A stretch of DNA of 62,470 nt, filler included, from Candidatus Huberarchaeum crystalense (GTDB taxonomy: Archaea > Huberarchaeota > Huberarchaeia > Huberarchaeales > Huberarchaeaceae): the NCBI GenBank assembly GCA_002790315.1. It is 9 parts of 9 records of this genome, joined end to end, with 100 filler letters (N's around TTAATTAATTAA, not from the genome) between each part and the next. Parts side by side here need not be neighbours in the genome. Positions count along the whole stretch, not along the records: positions 58,202 to 62,470 come from PFUW01000030.1; 8 more parts are not named here. One strand, written 5' to 3'. This document shows positions 60,988-62,470 of the stretch, in pieces. A model generated the notes under the pieces. It was not told where the DNA came from. It made no database searches and saw nothing but the letters and a program-made list of their open reading frames with translations. The translations under genes were made by a program, and so were the position numbers. Each line of letters opens with the position of its first letter. Within the stretch, counting starts at the first letter, position 1.

Positions 60988-61782
60988 AAAACTAACCAAA
61001 TATATGAACTCCCAAATAGAGAATGAGCCATTATTTAATTCTAAACAAAACTTAATAAAGTTAATTACTAAAAGTAAAGAGCAAAAAGAGTACAAAACAA
61101 CACAAAGTTATGAACAAAATCCAAAAGAATTAATCAATTTAAGAACCCAGACCGAAAGAGAAATCCTTGATAAGTTAGGTGAAGATAAAGATGCAGTTGA
61201 ATTGGCAAAGAGCATTGTCGAAGAAATTGATAAATATGCGCACGAGGAATTAGGCCTTTATGGAAAGGTAATTTTGGTTGCTGCTATATATTTGGAAATA
61301 AAATCAAGTGATTTAGTTTCGCACGCGCACCAAACAATAAATGAAAGCAATGGCAAACCAGATGAACAAGCAAGCGAGGAGTATATTGCAGAAGAAATTT
61401 GCAATTATGATGAGTTTCAAGAGCAAGATGCTTGTGAAATTGTCTTACAACCTAAAGTAATCGCGCGCAGAGAAGTAATCCTACAAGATGTCTTAAACCT
61501 TTTGAGTAAATTCAAACACCACAACATATTAGCAAATGAGCAAGCAACCAGTGAAAATGAACTTAGAGATATGTTTAAAGTTGATACAAAAGCAAACATA
61601 TTAAAAAATATTGGAGATTTTTATGTTTGGTTAAAATCATTAAAATCACAAGAAGTTTCTGCACAACAAGTATTTAAAAATATGGGGCGCGCCCAATGCC
61701 TTGATAATTTTATTTACTGTCTTTACCTTTGCCAAGACCAAAAGATAGAATTGCAAGGTAAAAACTTAATTTTAGAAAAAAT
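60965..61782 (+). CDS. scpA: Probable kleisin ScpA (divergent); 3' end in gap
   Basis: Directly after smc; GKVILVAAIYLEIKSSDL, RREVILQDVL, NFIYCLYLCQDQKIELQ. Confidence 0.72.
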
Positions 61783-61875
61783 NNNNNNNNNNNTTTGTGT
61801 TATCAACACCATCTCTTTCTTTTTAAATTTCTCTAATAGAATCCCACTCAGAACCCCGCCCCTTAAACTCCCCCC

Positions 61876-62376
61876 TCACATCTGTATTTTTTGGAGGTCC
61901 GTCACTGTCTCTAATATATTTTCTATAACAAGCTCCGCAATATTACTTTTGTCAATGTTATATTCTTCTCTTGTTGGGATTCCTGCTCCTGTTAAGATTT
62001 CTACTCTCGTTGGGAACTTTAATCCAATATCAATAGACATACCTGTTTGTTCCTTATATTCTTTTGTTAGTATCTCAACTAATTTTTTAATATCCTTTAG
62101 GCTATAAATTACACAAGGTGTATATACTAAATATAATGCTTTTTCTTTTCTCACATAATTATAGCTAAAGTGGCCTATTGTACCATGCATATTAGATATA
62201 TTTTGTCTTTTTATAAAATTAATCACATCTACAATATTTTCTGAGGTAGCTCTTATAATTCTTTCTCTTCCCCCCGGATTTCCATCTCCAAGGCCTGTTG
62301 GGCGATTTTTACATATAAGATATATTATATCTACCTCACCGCCCGTTCCACGACGATATTGATCTTTGATTTCCAT
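61876..62376 (-). CDS. Hypothetical protein
   Basis: 166-aa ORF with ATG start; family not recognised. Confidence 0.6.
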   Translation of the reverse strand: MEIKDQYRRGTGGEVDIIYLICKNRPTGLGDGNPGGRERIIRATSENIVDVINFIKRQNISNMHGTIGHFSYNYVRKEKALYLVYTPCVIYSLKDIKKLVEILTKEYKEQTGMSIDIGLKFPTRVEILTGAGIPTREEYNIDKSNIAELVIENILETVTDLQKIQM

Positions 62377-62470
62377 AATATTATTTAATAGGGTATTTAA
62401 AAACCCCTAAAAAATAATAAAAAAACAAACGCAAGGAGTTATATTTCAAATTTTAAAAATGCGCGTTTTC

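Overview
AT-rich (about 30% GC by eye) draft-assembly DNA from an archaeon with a reduced genome, most likely a DPANN symbiont. The lineage is inferred from archaeal-type r-proteins, RpoD, TFE and L7Ae, broken operons, a solitary 23S gene and giant Cys-rich surface proteins. The window is nine contigs joined by artificial N44-TTAATTAATTAA-N44 spacers, so gene order across spacers means nothing. It holds translation and transcription genes (hisS, trpS, proS, gatA, r-proteins, rpoD, tfe, SBDS, ychF, trm5, mtaB, dph5), five tRNAs, a 23S rRNA, a Sep-pathway cysteine cluster (sepS, iscU, tRNA-Cys, pscS, iscS), smc/scpA, type IV pilus-like genes and large secreted proteins. Strongest signals: (1) a 23S rRNA that is colinear with E. 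coli numbering and has compensated helices, yet is substituted at near-invariant sites of the peptidyl-transferase centre, A-loop, helix 69 and sarcin-ricin loop; (2) two unannotated box C/D sRNAs whose guides point to 23S U2552 and U2438 and to 16S C1402; (3) strong over-representation of the palindrome GCGCGC; (4) many unrelated tandem duplications centred on gene ends; (5) gene relics (rpl15e tail, DUF167, SGNH hydrolase); (6) a short-armed SMC and a TFE without its zinc ligands. All alignments and counts were done by hand and need computational confirmation.
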